64,000 bases of DNA from Patellaria atrata CBS 101060 (GCA_010093705.1 MU006104.1:434001-498000), one strand, 5' to 3'. Positions 25,199-39,121 are shown, numbered from the stretch's first letter. Program-made: numbers and translations. Notes: a model not told the origin generated them from the letters alone.

Positions 25199-28100
25199 AT
25201 GAGCGGCCCTCGAGTGGGCTCGCCATCAAAGCCTGCACGAAATAATACCAACGACTCAGCCTATGGCAGCATGCCTCAGCAGCAACCTTCTGATCTAGAC
25301 GCGCGATATGACGGCTCGTTAAATCCATATCAAAATCAACAGAGAGACATGTCACTTCAATCACAACAGCAATACAACCACCGCACACAACAGTCAGAAG
25401 AGAGTCAGGGCTGGGATGGATCGCAGCGTTTACAACAACCTATGCCACCTACCCAGGATCGGCGACCCTCGCGAGATCAACAGCGGGATAACTCACATAC
25501 ATCTGCGCCAGGGGATAAGCCAAGGTCGGGAGGGAGTAGGAGACCAAGCGGTTCACGAACGTGTGGAAAATGTAGTGATAGTCTGACGGGCCAGTTCGTT
25601 AGAGCCTTAGGAGACACATATCACTTGGAATGCTTTACCTGTCATGTAAGAATATCATTGACTCAAGTACCTACTCATCATTACTGACGGCGTTATCAGG
25701 ACTGCGGTAAGATTGTTGCTTCTAAGTTCTTCCCCGTACCGGATCAACCGCCAAATCAATATCCTCTCTGCGAGACCGATTATTTCCGCCGTCTTGACCT
25801 ACTTTGTTACGAATGTGGCGGAGCTCTACGAGGTTCTTACATTACCGCTCTCGATCGTAAATACCACATCGAACATTTCACCTGCTCTGTTTGTCCCACC
25901 GTATTTGGGGCTCAAGATAGCTATTACGAACATGAGGGCAATGTATATTGCCATTACCACTATTCAACAAGATTTGCTCAACGATGTAACGGCTGCCAAA
26001 CAGCGATTCTGAAGCAATTTGTAGAAATTTTCAGGAACGGTCAAAATCAACATTGGCACCCTGAATGCTACATGATTCACAAGTACTGGAACGTACGTTT
26101 ACATTCATCTGGTCAACCAGTTCCTGAGGAAACAGGCACAGAAGAGGAGGCCAATGATGAGGTTCGGACGCAAGTCCGAATAGAGGAAGAGAAGATTGAA
26201 GAGAAGGTACTTTGGATATGGAGAACATTGTCCGCATTCGAAGAGAAATCAGCAACCTGCATATCCGACATGCTACTTCATGTGAGCAACGGTGCCTATT
26301 TTGACGGCATCATGGCTGCAAAGAAATTCATCGTTCATGTTGACCTTCTATTTGCCGCAGCAGATGATCTTGATGGGCTATTAGCAGCGCGAACGTTGAA
26401 AGGTGGGCAAAAAATTTCTGGTACTATTCTATAAGACTAATCTTAATTGCTCGATAGGTCTTTCATACTCCCGAGAAGCTAAGCTCCTATGCAAAAAGGT
26501 TGTGGCTTTTTTTCAACTCCTCACCGATTCTCAGGACACTGGTGTACGGAGGCTAGGAGTAACTCAAGAGCTACTGTCTCTTGTTACAGGCCTTGCTCAT
26601 TACCTAAAACTTCTCATCCGGATCTGCTTGCAAGGATCGCTCAAATTGGAACGTGAGACTGGCAATACAGATGGCCTTGCTCACTTCCTGAACCGTGTCA
26701 ATTCCCTTGAGGATAAGCTTGAGCAAGACGCCGGTGCAGAATTTCCTCTGGACACAGCTTTGATATTCCAGCGTGAAGTTGATATGTGCCCTGTTTGTGA
26801 CAAGCCGGTAGAGGATAAATGCCTCAAAAAGGGTAATAGGGTCTTCCACTACAATTGCATGACATGCCAAAACTGTGGTCAAGAGATACCAAATCCCTTA
26901 GTATCTGCGAAATGGACTTCTTCGAGTAAAAAACTATTAGACCCGGATTGTGCATCTCGTTTTGTAGATGCAGAAGGTGGGTTAGAACAAGTGTCGAGAT
27001 TAAGACAATATGTCTTCCTGTTGAAAGTTGCCCATGCACGTCTGCTAGCAACACTCCGATCCACTGGTGCCCTTCCACATACCTCTGGTGAGCTTCCCCG
27101 ACTTGTTTGGTGGGGAAATTGTGATTTTGACCAGTTTACAGAGGACCCGAACTTGGCGGACTACGACTCTTCTAAGGGACACCGACTCTCTGATAATAAC
27201 TCAGAACCTCCTTTATTACGAGCAGATACAAGGTCTAAGTCATACGCTGGCTCTAGCTCCGTAGAAAACCAATCAGGCTCCTACGAACAGACACTTGGTG
27301 ATATCAAACGCTTACGTTCTACAAGGCTCGAAAAGCACTTATCTACTACTATGAAGCGCGCTCGATCGTCCAGGATCATTGATGGACCGGAGGGTGTAGC
27401 ACCTGGAGAGGATTCTGGCAAAGGTTCTCGAGATCTTCAAATTATCAACGATCGTGACGCCAACGGTGAAGTCGTACAGACACTATCTCTCGGTGTCAAT
27501 TCCATGGCTCTGGACGATATCCCAAGGATAGTCGCAGCTGAACAAGCTAGGACCCAAAGACCAAATGCATCCAAATATGCGCGGGGACATCTCATCGGGC
27601 AAGAACCTCAACCACGACTTGTCAACGGTCACCGAAGAGACTTGTCTGGTGGGCAAGATTTCCAAAACTCTGGCGACCCTTCGGGACCACACGGAAAGAA
27701 GAAATACTTCGCTGAATTGTCTGCATTAGAATATCTCATCATTCGACATGTTGCTGTTATTGCCATGCTTCCACTTCTGGATGGACAGTTCAACCAGGAA
27801 GAACTGCTCGAGCTTATTGAGACTAAGCGGCCTACATTCTGGGGCAAGTTTGGCCTTGCCTTCAAAAACGACAAGAATAAGGCAACTGGTAAGAAGAAGG
27901 TATTTGGTCGGACCCTAGAATCTGTTGTAGAAAAGGATGGTACTGAGTCGACCGACGGCGTTGTTGGAGAACCAATTCGAGTACCAACACTTCTTCACGA
28001 CGCTGTCTCGGCCATGAGAACGATGGATATGTCTGTGGAGGGTGTATTCCGCAAGAATGGAAATATCAGGCGCTTAAAGGAAATGTCCGAAGATATTGAT

Positions 28101-29043
28101 GCGAAAGGTGCTGACTCCGTGGACCTGACGAAAGAAAATCCTGTACAGGTGGCTGCATTACTGAAGAAGTTTCTACGAGAACTTCCCGATCCGGTGCTTA
28201 CATTCAAATTACATAAGCTCTTTATCACAGCTGCAAGGATATCCGATGAAGATAAGCGACGACGCGTGTTACATTTAACTTGCTGTCTTCTTCCGAAAAC
28301 GCATCGCGATACCATGGAAGTCTTATTCTCTTTTCTACACTGGGCATCATCATTCCACACTGTTGACGAGGAGAGTGGTAGCAAAATGGATATCCACAAT
28401 CTGGCTACGGTTATTGCACCAAATATTCTCTACTCCAACAACAAGACCCAGGACATGAAAGATATGGATGCCAGTCTACTCGCCATCGAAGCAGTACATT
28501 GCATGATTGAGTGTAATGAGGCAATGTGCGAGGTAAGTCACTCTAAAAGACCCGATATGTATTCAAATACTGACAAATCATTAGGTACCAGAAGACCTCT
28601 CCTCGATCCTAAACGATTCGTCGCTCTTTGAGAACGGCGGCGAAATCACTACGAAAGAAATCCTCCGACGTTATGGAGACATCGGGAAGGTGCCTCAACC
28701 TACCGTTGGTCACTCTAATTCTACGGGATCTCGGACTCGGGGCGACCGATCCTCTGCGCCGGTTGTAACCCGTGTCGACACCAATCCCCATCAATGGCAG
28801 AATGAGACTTCCGTGCGTCATGTCGCAGGACCTGGAGGTCACAATTATGGCCCCTCCTCAAGCCAGAATACACCGCCGACGAACCACTACGATCCAGGGA
28901 TGCCTAACGCACCCTATGCAAACCATCCCCCAGGATCGACCGAGAGTTATGGTGCCAGCAATAGCCCAAACCGTCACAGCCAGTATGCTCGGTCACCTGC
29001 TTTCTCGAAACAAGGACCAATGGGTGTTACTGGAGCAGGGTAA
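25199..29043 (+). CDS. LRG1: LIM-domain Rho GTPase-activating protein (Lrg1/Rga1 type), ~5 exons
   Basis: LIM domains (CGKCSDSLTGQFVRALGDTYHLECFTC, CETDYFRRLDLLC), RhoGAP domain (VEGVFRKNGNIRRL, ALLKKFLRELPDP, SKMDIHNLATVIAPNIL); introns at ~25646-25699, ~26403-26457, ~27087-27140 and ~28533-28584. Confidence 0.9.
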
Positions 29044-30662
29044 GCCTGAACATGCTGCTCTAAAATATTCATTCATGCATTCTTGGAGTTAGGGTTGGAG
29101 CGTTTGGATTCCCTCATGGACTACCCCATTGGTACTGCACATATTGACATTCTATTGTGGAGATCGTACATTATCTGGTTCGGCTCCACCAACACTTTTA
29201 CTTCCTACTTTCCAAGTTGTTCTCACTTTTCTCCTTCCCCACAATGAGTGAGTATAGCTCATCTCATATCGATTCACACAACCGACGTCTACCTATCCTA
29301 TCTCGATGCTTGAAGTAATTTACCCTAATGCTGCATTTGGACACAAGGCGTTGATATCTGTCATGGAGGTCATGGCGACTACTTCTTCTGACCAGTTTGG
29401 ATTTTACAGCGTTGTTTCTTTTGTTACTGGCGGGTTAAGGGATGAGCTTTCGAGGCGTGAGAATCAGCCCAGGCATATCGAAACCTGTCGGAGCGACCAT
29501 ATCAGACTCTTGTGTAGTAGTACAAATAGTGTTTCTTGTGTTAGTAGGTAGCGGCGATTACTTAGTACCCGGCGGCCATATCGCCGCGACTGAGGTTGAT
29601 TTGATTCCTAGGCCAAAAATTGGTAGTTCCTTTGTTGGGAAATAGGAAAAGGGTTTGATAGTCCTATTGTGTGCTTGATATCTTATCCAAAGTGTATGAA
29701 TACTGTAGTCCCGTCGCCTTCCTCTCGTGGCATTCCTTTCCCGCTGTACTTTCGCCCTCGATGTCTTCGACTCAGCTCTTCAGAGAGAACATGTACGAGA
29801 TGTCCGGAACTGTACTAACAGCTTCTGATATAGATATGTTCACGTACGCTTATTATCAGACAGGTGTCCTACTCTATTGTAAGAAAAGTTGATATCCCGC
29901 AACCTGTATCTGCTTGGGTGTATACTGCTCGGTTGTGGTTGTGGTCGAAGGTTCTCGGATGGTTCATAAGCATCGGATTGATCAATGGCTAGAAAGGGAA
30001 GAAATTTTGCAAGAGCAGTTGCTGAAAGCGCTTCAGGGGGCCGTTGCATAAGGTGGACGGAACAGAGAGTAGAGAATAGGTGGGTTGCTGGGAGGACAGT
30101 TTTCTGTATGAATGTTAGGTGGCATAGGGGTATTTCATTCTGTCGTACCGAGTAGCCGATTCTCGGCCTGCATCTCGGGACAGGCTCAACATGCCGACCG
30201 TGTAAAGGACGCGTCTACCGGGTTCGCGTCTCAAATGAGAAAGTGAAATTTTCAAAAAGTTATATCGCACATGGATCTGCGTGATTTTTTGTGGAGGTTT
30301 TAGATTACTTGTTTTCTATCCGTTGACTTAAGCAAAGGACCAAATAAAAGCAAGCGTTTCGAAACTTTCTTTACTGTGGACAGAATCATGATCAGCAAGT
30401 CTTGGCTACGGATGAATTATAATTGGAGGAACAAAAGCCGGATAGATTTCCCGAAGCATCTGAGATCGCTGACAATTTCTTACCAATTCGCCTCCATTTC
30501 ACTTCCCACTCCGTTAAACCAGGGATCGGTCTTATTAATGACTGACAAACCACAACTGTTCACCCTTAAGGAAATGCAAATACTATATAGATAAACACTC
30601 GAACATTCCACTAAGTCACACATTTCTACTCCTATTGACTATAAATCCGTGCTGTCTTCCTC

Positions 30663-31871
30663 ATGAAAGTGATTTTCTCCATTTTAACTTGCATCACTGC
30701 AATTCTCCTGTACCAATTGCCCAAGAACCTCGATATCGCAACCCTAAAATTGACCCTCAGCACATACCTACCTAAAATTTCCATGTCAACCGTAAACTCG
30801 ACTTCTGAAACCAAATTTCCAGGCCTCCCAGTCATCCCCCCTCAAGACCCTTCCCTCTCGACTCCCGCAAATATGTCCATACCACGCGCAATCCGCATGG
30901 CTTTCTTCGCCATCGAGCAGTCCGAAGGCGCCGGCGCGCGTGTGCGTCGCAGTATCGGGACACCCAAACTCCGCAACTTCTCCCCCTTTCTCATGCTAGA
31001 CTACTTTAATGTGCCATTCGGAGCGGGCTTCCCTGATCATCCCCACCGTGGCCAGGGTTAGTGCTCCCCAACTGTTTATACAAACGCTCGAGTCATTCCG
31101 ATATCGGCTATGCACCATGATACTAACATGTGACAAACTGCAGAAACGATCACGTACATGATCGACGGTGCCGTCGACCACGAGGACTTCGCGGGGAACA
31201 AGGGATCCCTGGAGACCGGCGACCTGCAGTTCATGACGGCGGGCAGAGGTATCGTGCACGCGGAGATGCCGAGGGAGAGAGAGGACGGGAAGCCGAACGT
31301 CGGACTGCAACTTTGGGTCGATCTGCCGAAGAAGCTGAAGTATTGCGAGCCGCGGTACCGAGACCTCAGCGCGGCGGAGATCCCAACCGTGGATGTTGAT
31401 GAGGGGAAGGTGCATGTGAAGGTCATTTCGGGCCAGAGCCATGGCGTCGATTCGGTCCAGGAACTCGCGTATACACCTGTGTGGTTTTTGGATATCATGA
31501 TAAAGCCTGGTGGACGCATTGCGCAGAATCTCCCTGTCGGGTGGAACGCGTTTGCCTTTACGCTGGAGGGGACGACGACGTTTGGTTCTCCGAGGAAGCA
31601 ACAGGTCGTATCGAAGTACCACAATGTGGTATTTGAGCAGGAGGGCGATACGGTGATCGCCGAGGTCGATGAGAGCGCGGAGGAGGAGAGCAGGTTTGTG
31701 CTCGTGGCGGGCTTGCCACTGGATCAGAAGGTCGTGCAGTATGGCCCCTTTGTCGTCAATACTCCCGAGGAGGTCTACCAGGCGATGAGGGATTATCAGG
31801 GGTTTAAGAATGGGTTTGAAAGGGCGAAAGATTGGGAGAGTGAGATTGGGAAGAAGATGGCGGGTTGGTGA
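30663..31871 (+). CDS. Pirin (bicupin) family protein
   Basis: EQSEGAGARVRRSIG, SPFLMLD, GFPDHPHRGQ|ETITY (intron ~31057-31143), QFMTAGRGIVHAEMP, GLQLWVDLP, VVQYGPFVVN. Start codon uncertain (30663, 30783 or 30873). Confidence 0.93.
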
Positions 31872-34411
31872 TGCGGTATTAGGCTTCTTCTTCCGTGTGA
31901 ATTATACCCTTGTACAGTAGATGACTGAGATCGATGAGTATATAGATGAATGGCTGAAAAATATTGATGTACGATTGGCTTACAAATAGTTTACGTGGAG
32001 TTTATATCAAGAACCATACCCGAGTTCTTCGCCCTTGCTATGTAACATAGTCTTACAATATAAACCATAAAATTGTAAACCGATTTTGAAATTGACAGTA
32101 CGTACTGTGTGGGAAGCGAAACGGACAAAAATCAAGATTAGGCAGAGGAAAGAAAAAGAGGGCGATTCGTAGGGGGAATTATAACCGGGCCGATGGGGGC
32201 TTGATAAGTGTCGGCGAGTGGACCGCCTCGTTGTCGTCCCGGAAGAGGAATTCAGACCGCGAAGAGAAAAGAAAATGTGCCTGCCTATGCTGTGCAATGT
32301 CAGAAGTGAAAGCTGGAGGCTGCTCTCCGGCCAATCTTCAGTTGTTGTCATGTATTGTGTTGTTCACGTCTAAGGGTGTCACTATCTACGCTTTCATAAG
32401 CCAGCAGCTATATCAATAAATGTCGACCGTCAGTTCCAGTAGACTCACTGATAAGACAGAATGGCCTCGTTGAGCTTTCATGTCCAGAATTAGGGCGAGA
32501 CGAGGACATTGAGCTTTTTGGATAAACATAACCTTGGAATCGTAAATAAGTTTCTACAGGAGCATAGATCCGTCGTTATCAAGCAGGGTACCAGCAGTGT
32601 TTCAAATTGAGAAACGTCGCAAAACAACCGAGTTTGTATTGGATATTCTGAACATAATTTGGTAGTACGCGTGTTGACCTAGTGGCTAGTATATCCTTGC
32701 GCTCCTTAATGCAGCCAGATCTGACGAGAGTAACTTGGAAGCTTTTCAGATGTCGTTTTTCCAAAAATACGAAATGGCTGAGCGTTCTGATATAGTCATG
32801 GAAGAACGTCAGAATGGCGAGAGATAACCGAGAGTAAAGATATAGAAACTGCAGTATGCTGTTATCTAATGGATCATAGTGTTCGACTCAGCATTTCGTA
32901 AGGCCTCAGAACAATTCTCCATTATTGAAGCTTTTGGGGATGATGTGTGGGTAGTGCTATCCTTTACTAATTGAAGCCGCTAATAACCATAGTTTAATCT
33001 ATAATGGGTGTTTTAGAAGATCGAGCCCAAACCCTCAAGGATGTGGAGCTTTATCTCGAGGGTAAATTCTGCAGGTCCGAGACTTTTATTAGGGGAAATG
33101 GAGATCGAAACATTATCCTAGGATAGGTTTTGAAGAAAGAAGATTAACTTGATATTATCAAGCAAAATGTCTTTTTCAGAAGGGACAATTATCTCTCAGT
33201 AACGGAACAAGAAAAAGTGAAGTTCTCGAACTCTAACCATTTTACTTCGCCACAAGCTCGTTAATAAGCCTTGCCGTAAGAGTTACCTTCATCAAACACA
33301 TTTCAAGAAACTTTCCACCGCGGCTCCCTCTCGTTTGAGATCTTTTTGCCTCAACAAATAATTTGGTGTAATAATCTAGAGGTAAACCGGCTTCTTTTTA
33401 GCTATCAATCGGTAATTGAATTTTATAATTAACCCCCCCCCCAAAGAATCCTACCCAGTGTCGTCGTAGTATGCTCCATGGTGAACGGAGAAAACTTAGC
33501 CCGGTGCGTTCTGATGAGCGAGCGTGGCGTTCAGTTTCGCTAGTTTATTTTGGTTTTGTCAATAATATTTGCCTCTTAGATGCTAACTTTTTGCGAGGTA
33601 GTTGATCCTAGATCGTTGGTCAAGAAGGGAATGTGCGACAACCCGAGTTTTAGATGTTAAATCCCATATTCCCACTTTTCCGAAAGGGTTAGTGTCGAGT
33701 GGGATAGAACAGGAACATGACACGGCGCAAAATAACGAGCTGCTGAAATAAATTTCCATCTGGATTTCAGGAGAACTAAGGAAAGGGAAACAAATAGCAA
33801 GTCCAGTAGGAGGCTTGAGGAAAGCAACTTTTGTCAGAAGAGCGTTAAGGGGATACCACCTATTGGTATCAGGTTCAGAATATACTTAAGACGTAGGCAT
33901 CCCCTTCCCGTCACGGTTATATTCTCAAGGTACGGTACGGTACGCTTGATACAAATCTCCCTACGGGGGCTGCTTAGCCGAAAGAATAAACTGATCTTTT
34001 TTGATCTGGACTTGAAGTTAGTCCTGTATTCTTAGATAGTTTGTGCTCTCGCCGTCCCTGTAAGTCAAGGTGTTAAGTCTTTTTCTAAGTGAACATAGAG
34101 GAGATGAGAAGTCCGCGACAGGGGAAAGGATATAGGAGTTGGCGCTCGCAATTATCGAATTGGAAGAAATCGTAGGTATAGAATTTTACTGTATCATCAA
34201 TTCTTCGGAATAGCTCCGTAAGTCAAAATAGAGCTCGTTCTCATCAGATATGAGGAAGAAAGAAGAGATTTTTGAAGGGGCTGACGTTGAGATATGGACC
34301 CGAACGCGCCAAGGCTGGCCCGTGTGCTTTTCGCGACAACATCGAGTTCAAGAGCATGTGCTTCAGTGAGCTTGTAAACTGTGAACATAGTTCTGATATT
34401 TGGGTACCATT

Positions 34412-35531
34412 ATGGTGACCAAACTTGAAATGCTACTGCTGAGAGCTCCCGCCTTCGGTGACGTCCGTCATGGTCTTGAAGAACTTCGACATGAAATCGT
34501 AACTCAAGGTGTCCCCAGCAACAGCGATGGCATGGTATGAAGTAGAGTCCTTCAAATCGGACGTGGTTAACCCTTTGTTTGCAGAGCGAGCTGCGAATAT
34601 ACATATGGCTCATTTTCCTCAACGCTCCCGCTATACGGACTGAAGTTTATCTCGATCTAGTCCGTCAAGGAGCTTCTCCCGCATATACTAAAATACGCAA
34701 TGATACCTTCCGCACCCTCGCAACCGACCCTTTATTCCGCCGTCGTGTCACTGAAAACTCTCTTTCACGTGTGCTCAATGCTGTTGCCTGGAAACTACAT
34801 GATGCAAATGAAGCGCGTGTAAATGGATGGATGTCCCCGCCTACTCTATCAGTCGTGGGGGACGAAAGTCCTGAGCGGAGCTTCCACAGCAGGAAATCCG
34901 TGACTGGAACTATGAGTACGACTACAGGCGCGAGTGAAGCTGGAGATGGCGACAAAGACGTCACAGTCGGCTACGTACAAGGGATGAACGTGCTCGCTGC
35001 GCCTTTTCTTTACGCCGCCCGGAGCGAGACACAAGCGTTCGTTGCCTTTGAAAGACTAATAACGCGTGAGTGCCCAGGATATGTGCGCGGATCTATGGAT
35101 GGAGTGCACAAAGGGCTTGCCCTCGTGAACAGAATCTTAGAGATCGTGGATAATAAGCTCTACGTATATTTGATGTCTAAAGGTTTGCCGGCGGAGATTT
35201 ACGGATTCGCCTCAGTATTAACGATGTGTGCATGCACACCGCCGCTGCCAGAGGTTTTACAGCTCTGGGATTTTCTTCTCGCATGTGGTCCTCATCTTAA
35301 CCTTTTGTGTATTGTCGCTCAGTTGGTATTGATACGGGACCCGATATTGGCCAGTCCAAGGTGAGCTACATCTGCCTTGTCTCAGTATGATACTCATATT
35401 CTTCTAGTCCCAATCAAATCCTCCGCTCACTACCTCCGCTTCAATCTCAGAAGATCAAGAGTCTAGCGATTAGCTTTGCATCGAAAATACCTGAAGATTT
35501 GTATCAGCAAGTTATCGATCATGCGAAATGA
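34412..35531 (+). CDS. BUB2: Bub2/Cdc16 TBC-domain GAP (mitotic exit/septation checkpoint)
   Basis: GVPSNSDGM|SELRIYIWLIFL..KIRNDTFRTL (IxxDxxR finger), YVQGMNVLAAPFLY (YxQ finger), CACTPPLPEVLQLWDFL; last exon PNQILRSLPPL..HAK*. 5' end uncertain. Confidence 0.9.
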
Positions 35532-36080
35532 CAATTCTGAGCCTTGAGTGGAACCTGACAAGAAAACAAAGGAACTTCGACGTTAGAACTTGTATATCAC
35601 CGGCGCCTCTTTGCTTAGCGTTTCTTGGAGAAATTCACAAATGGTGATAGCTCCAATAAGAGATTTCGAGGTCCTGCAAACTTGAAATGGAGGGTTTTAG
35701 TGTCTCAAATATCCCAAGGCTAGTCCCTGGAAAGTTCATCTACAGCGTTCCGAAAATAGAAAAACGCGGTCATGAGAGACTTTCGGAATTAAAACCCGTC
35801 CGATGCACATGTCAGTACTTAGGAGGGATAAGATCACAATTCTGTTTCGTGGTTTTTTCTGATATCCAATGCCTGCAGCAAGCAGCGAACAACATTCGAA
35901 ATTGGATTTGCGAGTGTCCGCATGTATCCGGAAGCTCCGTTGAATCTATGAAATTGGGTCTGCTTTCTCAGATTATCATATTCCGCGATTGCTAAGATTG
36001 AGTCGGAGTATACTCGAGGGAGTATACCTGCCCACTATGCATAATTTTATTTGAGCTGTATCTATTCAGCCCTACACGTC

Positions 36081-37306
36081 TCACTGCGCCGGTGGGCCCT
36101 TTCTCGACGAAACGATACATCCAGCCTCACAATCCGGCCATGCCGTACTATTATAGATTAAGTTGGCGACATCCCTCCCAGGCTCTATCGACGGATCAGT
36201 ACGAATCTCGTGGATCTTCGCCGCCACCGGCGCTTTCACAATCTCCAAAATATCACCCCATGCATTCCTAACAATCGCTATGTCCTGACCCTGGTCCACA
36301 TCATCGAGCACGTTAACTAGTGTCTCCACAAAGCCCCCATACAGGGCGGGTAAGCTGTGGAATACGGTTCCGATATACGTCTCGCTCAGATCAGGCGTGT
36401 ATGGCTCGCTTGAGTTGCTGGGTAGGAGAGCTAGATCGACGAGCAGCCGGTCGAAGAAGTCCAAGGTTCGTTCGATGTAGTCCTTCCTCCATACCTTAGC
36501 ACTCCCAATCTCCACGGTCACGGCAGGAATACCATAGTCAACGAATGTGGTCTCAATGCTGCCGGGCTCTCCAGCGTCGATCTTCAGGATGTCAGGCTGA
36601 AGAAGGTTCGCAATGCGTTCGACGTAGGGGAGGCGAATATCGGCATAAACGTAGAGGGGCGCTTCGCTGCCGGTCGAGGTGGTGTCTGGAAGTGCGTTAG
36701 AGGGGTAGAGTAGAGGAAGATGGGACTCAACCTACGCAGATCAATCCCGACATCCACATTTGAAGTGTTACCCCACAGATTGTTCCAAATCAAGTACGCT
36801 TGTCCGTTAGGCCCTAAGGCTCCCTCAGCTGGATCGTCGCCTGGGAAGACACGATTGAGGTTGGTGAAGAAGCCGGTGTTGCCCGCAGTGAAGTAGTTAC
36901 GCTGGTTGAGGTAGTTGCCGACGGGATTGACTGTTGGTATACCGATCACCGTTCCGTTCAACGAGTCAATCTCATGCTCCAATTTCTCGAACAGCCTCTG
37001 TGTCACCCGGACACCATTCAGCTCATCGCCATGTATAGATGCTGAAACTGAGAGCTTCTTCCCAGTTGACAATGTCTCTGGGGCACCACGAGCTACAAAG
37101 ACGGGCAGATGAACGTCCCACCCACCGTTCACGCTCGGAACGCGCAAGTAGTACCGGGTTACGGCGTTGGAGGGGACATCTTCGAGGGAGAGGTAATTAA
37201 TAACGGGTACACCGTGGAGAATGTCACCGGTGAGGTTCGTCTGAGCAGCGACTAAAGCTGTTGTGAGGCTTAGGAAGATCGAGGTGAGAGATGTGTAAGT
37301 TATCAT
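36081..37306 (-). CDS. Secreted succinylglutamate desuccinylase/aspartoacylase-family (M14-like) zinc hydrolase
   Basis: Signal peptide; SASIHGDELNG (Zn ligands), NLNRVFPG, IDL|HT across intron 36735-36686, catalytic VTVEIG, and a C-terminal barrel-sandwich-like segment. Confidence 0.85.
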
Positions 37307-38134
37307 TGTGGGTTACAAAGCACTATTCGCTGAAACCTTGTCTTTATAGAGCCTGCTGGACGATTGAGACTGGAGGTGCTCTACCTCCTGTTGCGGCTCT
37401 TCAACTAGTCATGTGTTTCACGCAATTGATATCCTATCCTACTTTTAGCCGTACGATTGACGTGCTGTTGATACAGTTATAGATCTTCTGTGCCCAGAAG
37501 CTCCCGTCAGAAGCTTGGGGTAGCATCAAGCTTACCAGACCGCCCGCCTTACGGCCTTCCGTTGTCGTATAAGCGTTATCTGTGCCATGACGATGCCAAG
37601 GGGGAATCATTGGAAGAGGAATTACGGAGGTTTTGGTATTCGATAGTACGGATGGGTACAGAAGCAAAACTACCGTAGGTATCCAGCATGCTATGTATGA
37701 TATTATATCATAGAGAGTTTGTATAAGAGCATGTGGAAATACACATAACTTTCTAGACCTCGGAGGTAATCATACTGTGCTCAAATAGAGCCTAGCCTTT
37801 TAGGGTAATTATGACGAACATCTCAGATTTTCTCTAACTAAAGCCAATTCCAGAGTGACCATTTTCCTTCCTCACTTCAATGAGTATAGTGTGTACAGAT
37901 GAAATGTGGTTCAAAATGATACCTAGTAAAACATGTTTCCGTGATATGACCTGAGCAAAGGAATTATCGAATGGAAGGAGAAGAAGCTGATCGATCCCAT
38001 GTATTACTACTGATGATGCAATAGTTCGTTCGGCATATATAAACAGCTATCATGAACAAAACTATATCAACCCAGCAACCCCTCAAATACCACCCACCCA
38101 CTTGGATAAAACATCCGATACCTAACAGACCAAA

Positions 38135-39121
38135 ATGTCAATCGTCCTAACAGCACCAACCGGAAAGCTAGGCAACGCAACCCTCACCGCGCTCCTCACA
38201 CACTCTCTCCTTCCACCCTCGACCCTCATCCTCTCGACCTCCTCCCCGGACTCCCCCAAACTATCCTCCCTCCCCTCCACCCTCACCATCCGCCCGGGAA
38301 ACTTCAACACCCCAGCTTCCCTCGTCACCGCCTTCACCGGCGCCCGCGTCCTCTTCCTCGTCTCCACCCCCGCCATCGATCTCGACTTCAATTTCACGCC
38401 CTACCCCAACGGGCGGGAAAGCCAGCACATCGCGGCCATCGAAGCGGCGCGGGAGGCCGGTGTCACACACATCGTGTACACGAGCCTGGGGTTCAACAGC
38501 GAAGAGAGCGGGGCCGGGGTGATGCGGGCGCATTTACACACGCATCGGTACCTGCGAGAGAAGTGGGCGGATGAGGCGGCCGGGCGGTCGTATACGATTC
38601 TGAGGGAGGGCCTGTATGCGGAGAGCTGGCCGCTGTATCTGGGGCACGCGGACCTCGCGGACCCGGGGAGGGATTTGGAGGGGAGGAGAGAGGTTCCGCT
38701 TGCGGGAGACGGGAGGGCGAATTGGGTCGCGATTGAGGATCTCGGGGTCGCGAATGCGGTTATACTTGCTGAGATAGTGGGATCCGAGGAGGGGTTGGCG
38801 AAGTGGAGGAATAGGATTGTTACGCTGTCGACGAGAGGGAAGAAGGATAGGGCGTCTTGTGGGGAGATTGCGGAGATGGTGAGGAAGATTAGGGGGGAGG
38901 AGTTGAGGGTTAAGATTGTTGGGGAGGATGAGCATGTGAAGTATTATACGCAGGAAAGGGGCGTCGAGGAGCCGTATGTGAGGTGGTGGGTGAGCACGTA
39001 TCCGGCGCTGGAGAACGGGGAGTGCGAGAATGAGGAGGATGTTCTAGAGGAGTGTTTGGCGGGGTTAAGGTTGAAAGCGAGATCGTTCGAGGAGGTGGTT
39101 GGAGAGATGGTGAGGAAGTGA
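38135..39121 (+). CDS. NmrA-like NAD(P)-binding Rossmann protein (atypical SDR), intronless
   Basis: IVLTAPTGKLG, LFLVST, AIEAAREAGVTHIVYTSL, MRAHLHTHRYL, YTILREGLYAESWPLYLG, DLGVANA. Confidence 0.88.
   Translation: MSIVLTAPTGKLGNATLTALLTHSLLPPSTLILSTSSPDSPKLSSLPSTLTIRPGNFNTPASLVTAFTGARVLFLVSTPAIDLDFNFTPYPNGRESQHIAAIEAAREAGVTHIVYTSLGFNSEESGAGVMRAHLHTHRYLREKWADEAAGRSYTILREGLYAESWPLYLGHADLADPGRDLEGRREVPLAGDGRANWVAIEDLGVANAVILAEIVGSEEGLAKWRNRIVTLSTRGKKDRASCGEIAEMVRKIRGEELRVKIVGEDEHVKYYTQERGVEEPYVRWWVSTYPALENGECENEEDVLEECLAGLRLKARSFEEVVGEMVRK

Noticed and set aside
29088..33692. Other telomere-template-like 8-9-mers (near 29089 and 33685; also near 9150 and 55287)
   Set aside because: They lie in UTRs, the transposon or unstructured DNA, and I found no accompanying pseudoknot or long-range helices.
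32000..34290. Possible gene or tRNA between pirin and BUB2
   Set aside because: Only short ORFs without motifs or consistent splice signals; no cloverleaf or A/B boxes seen.
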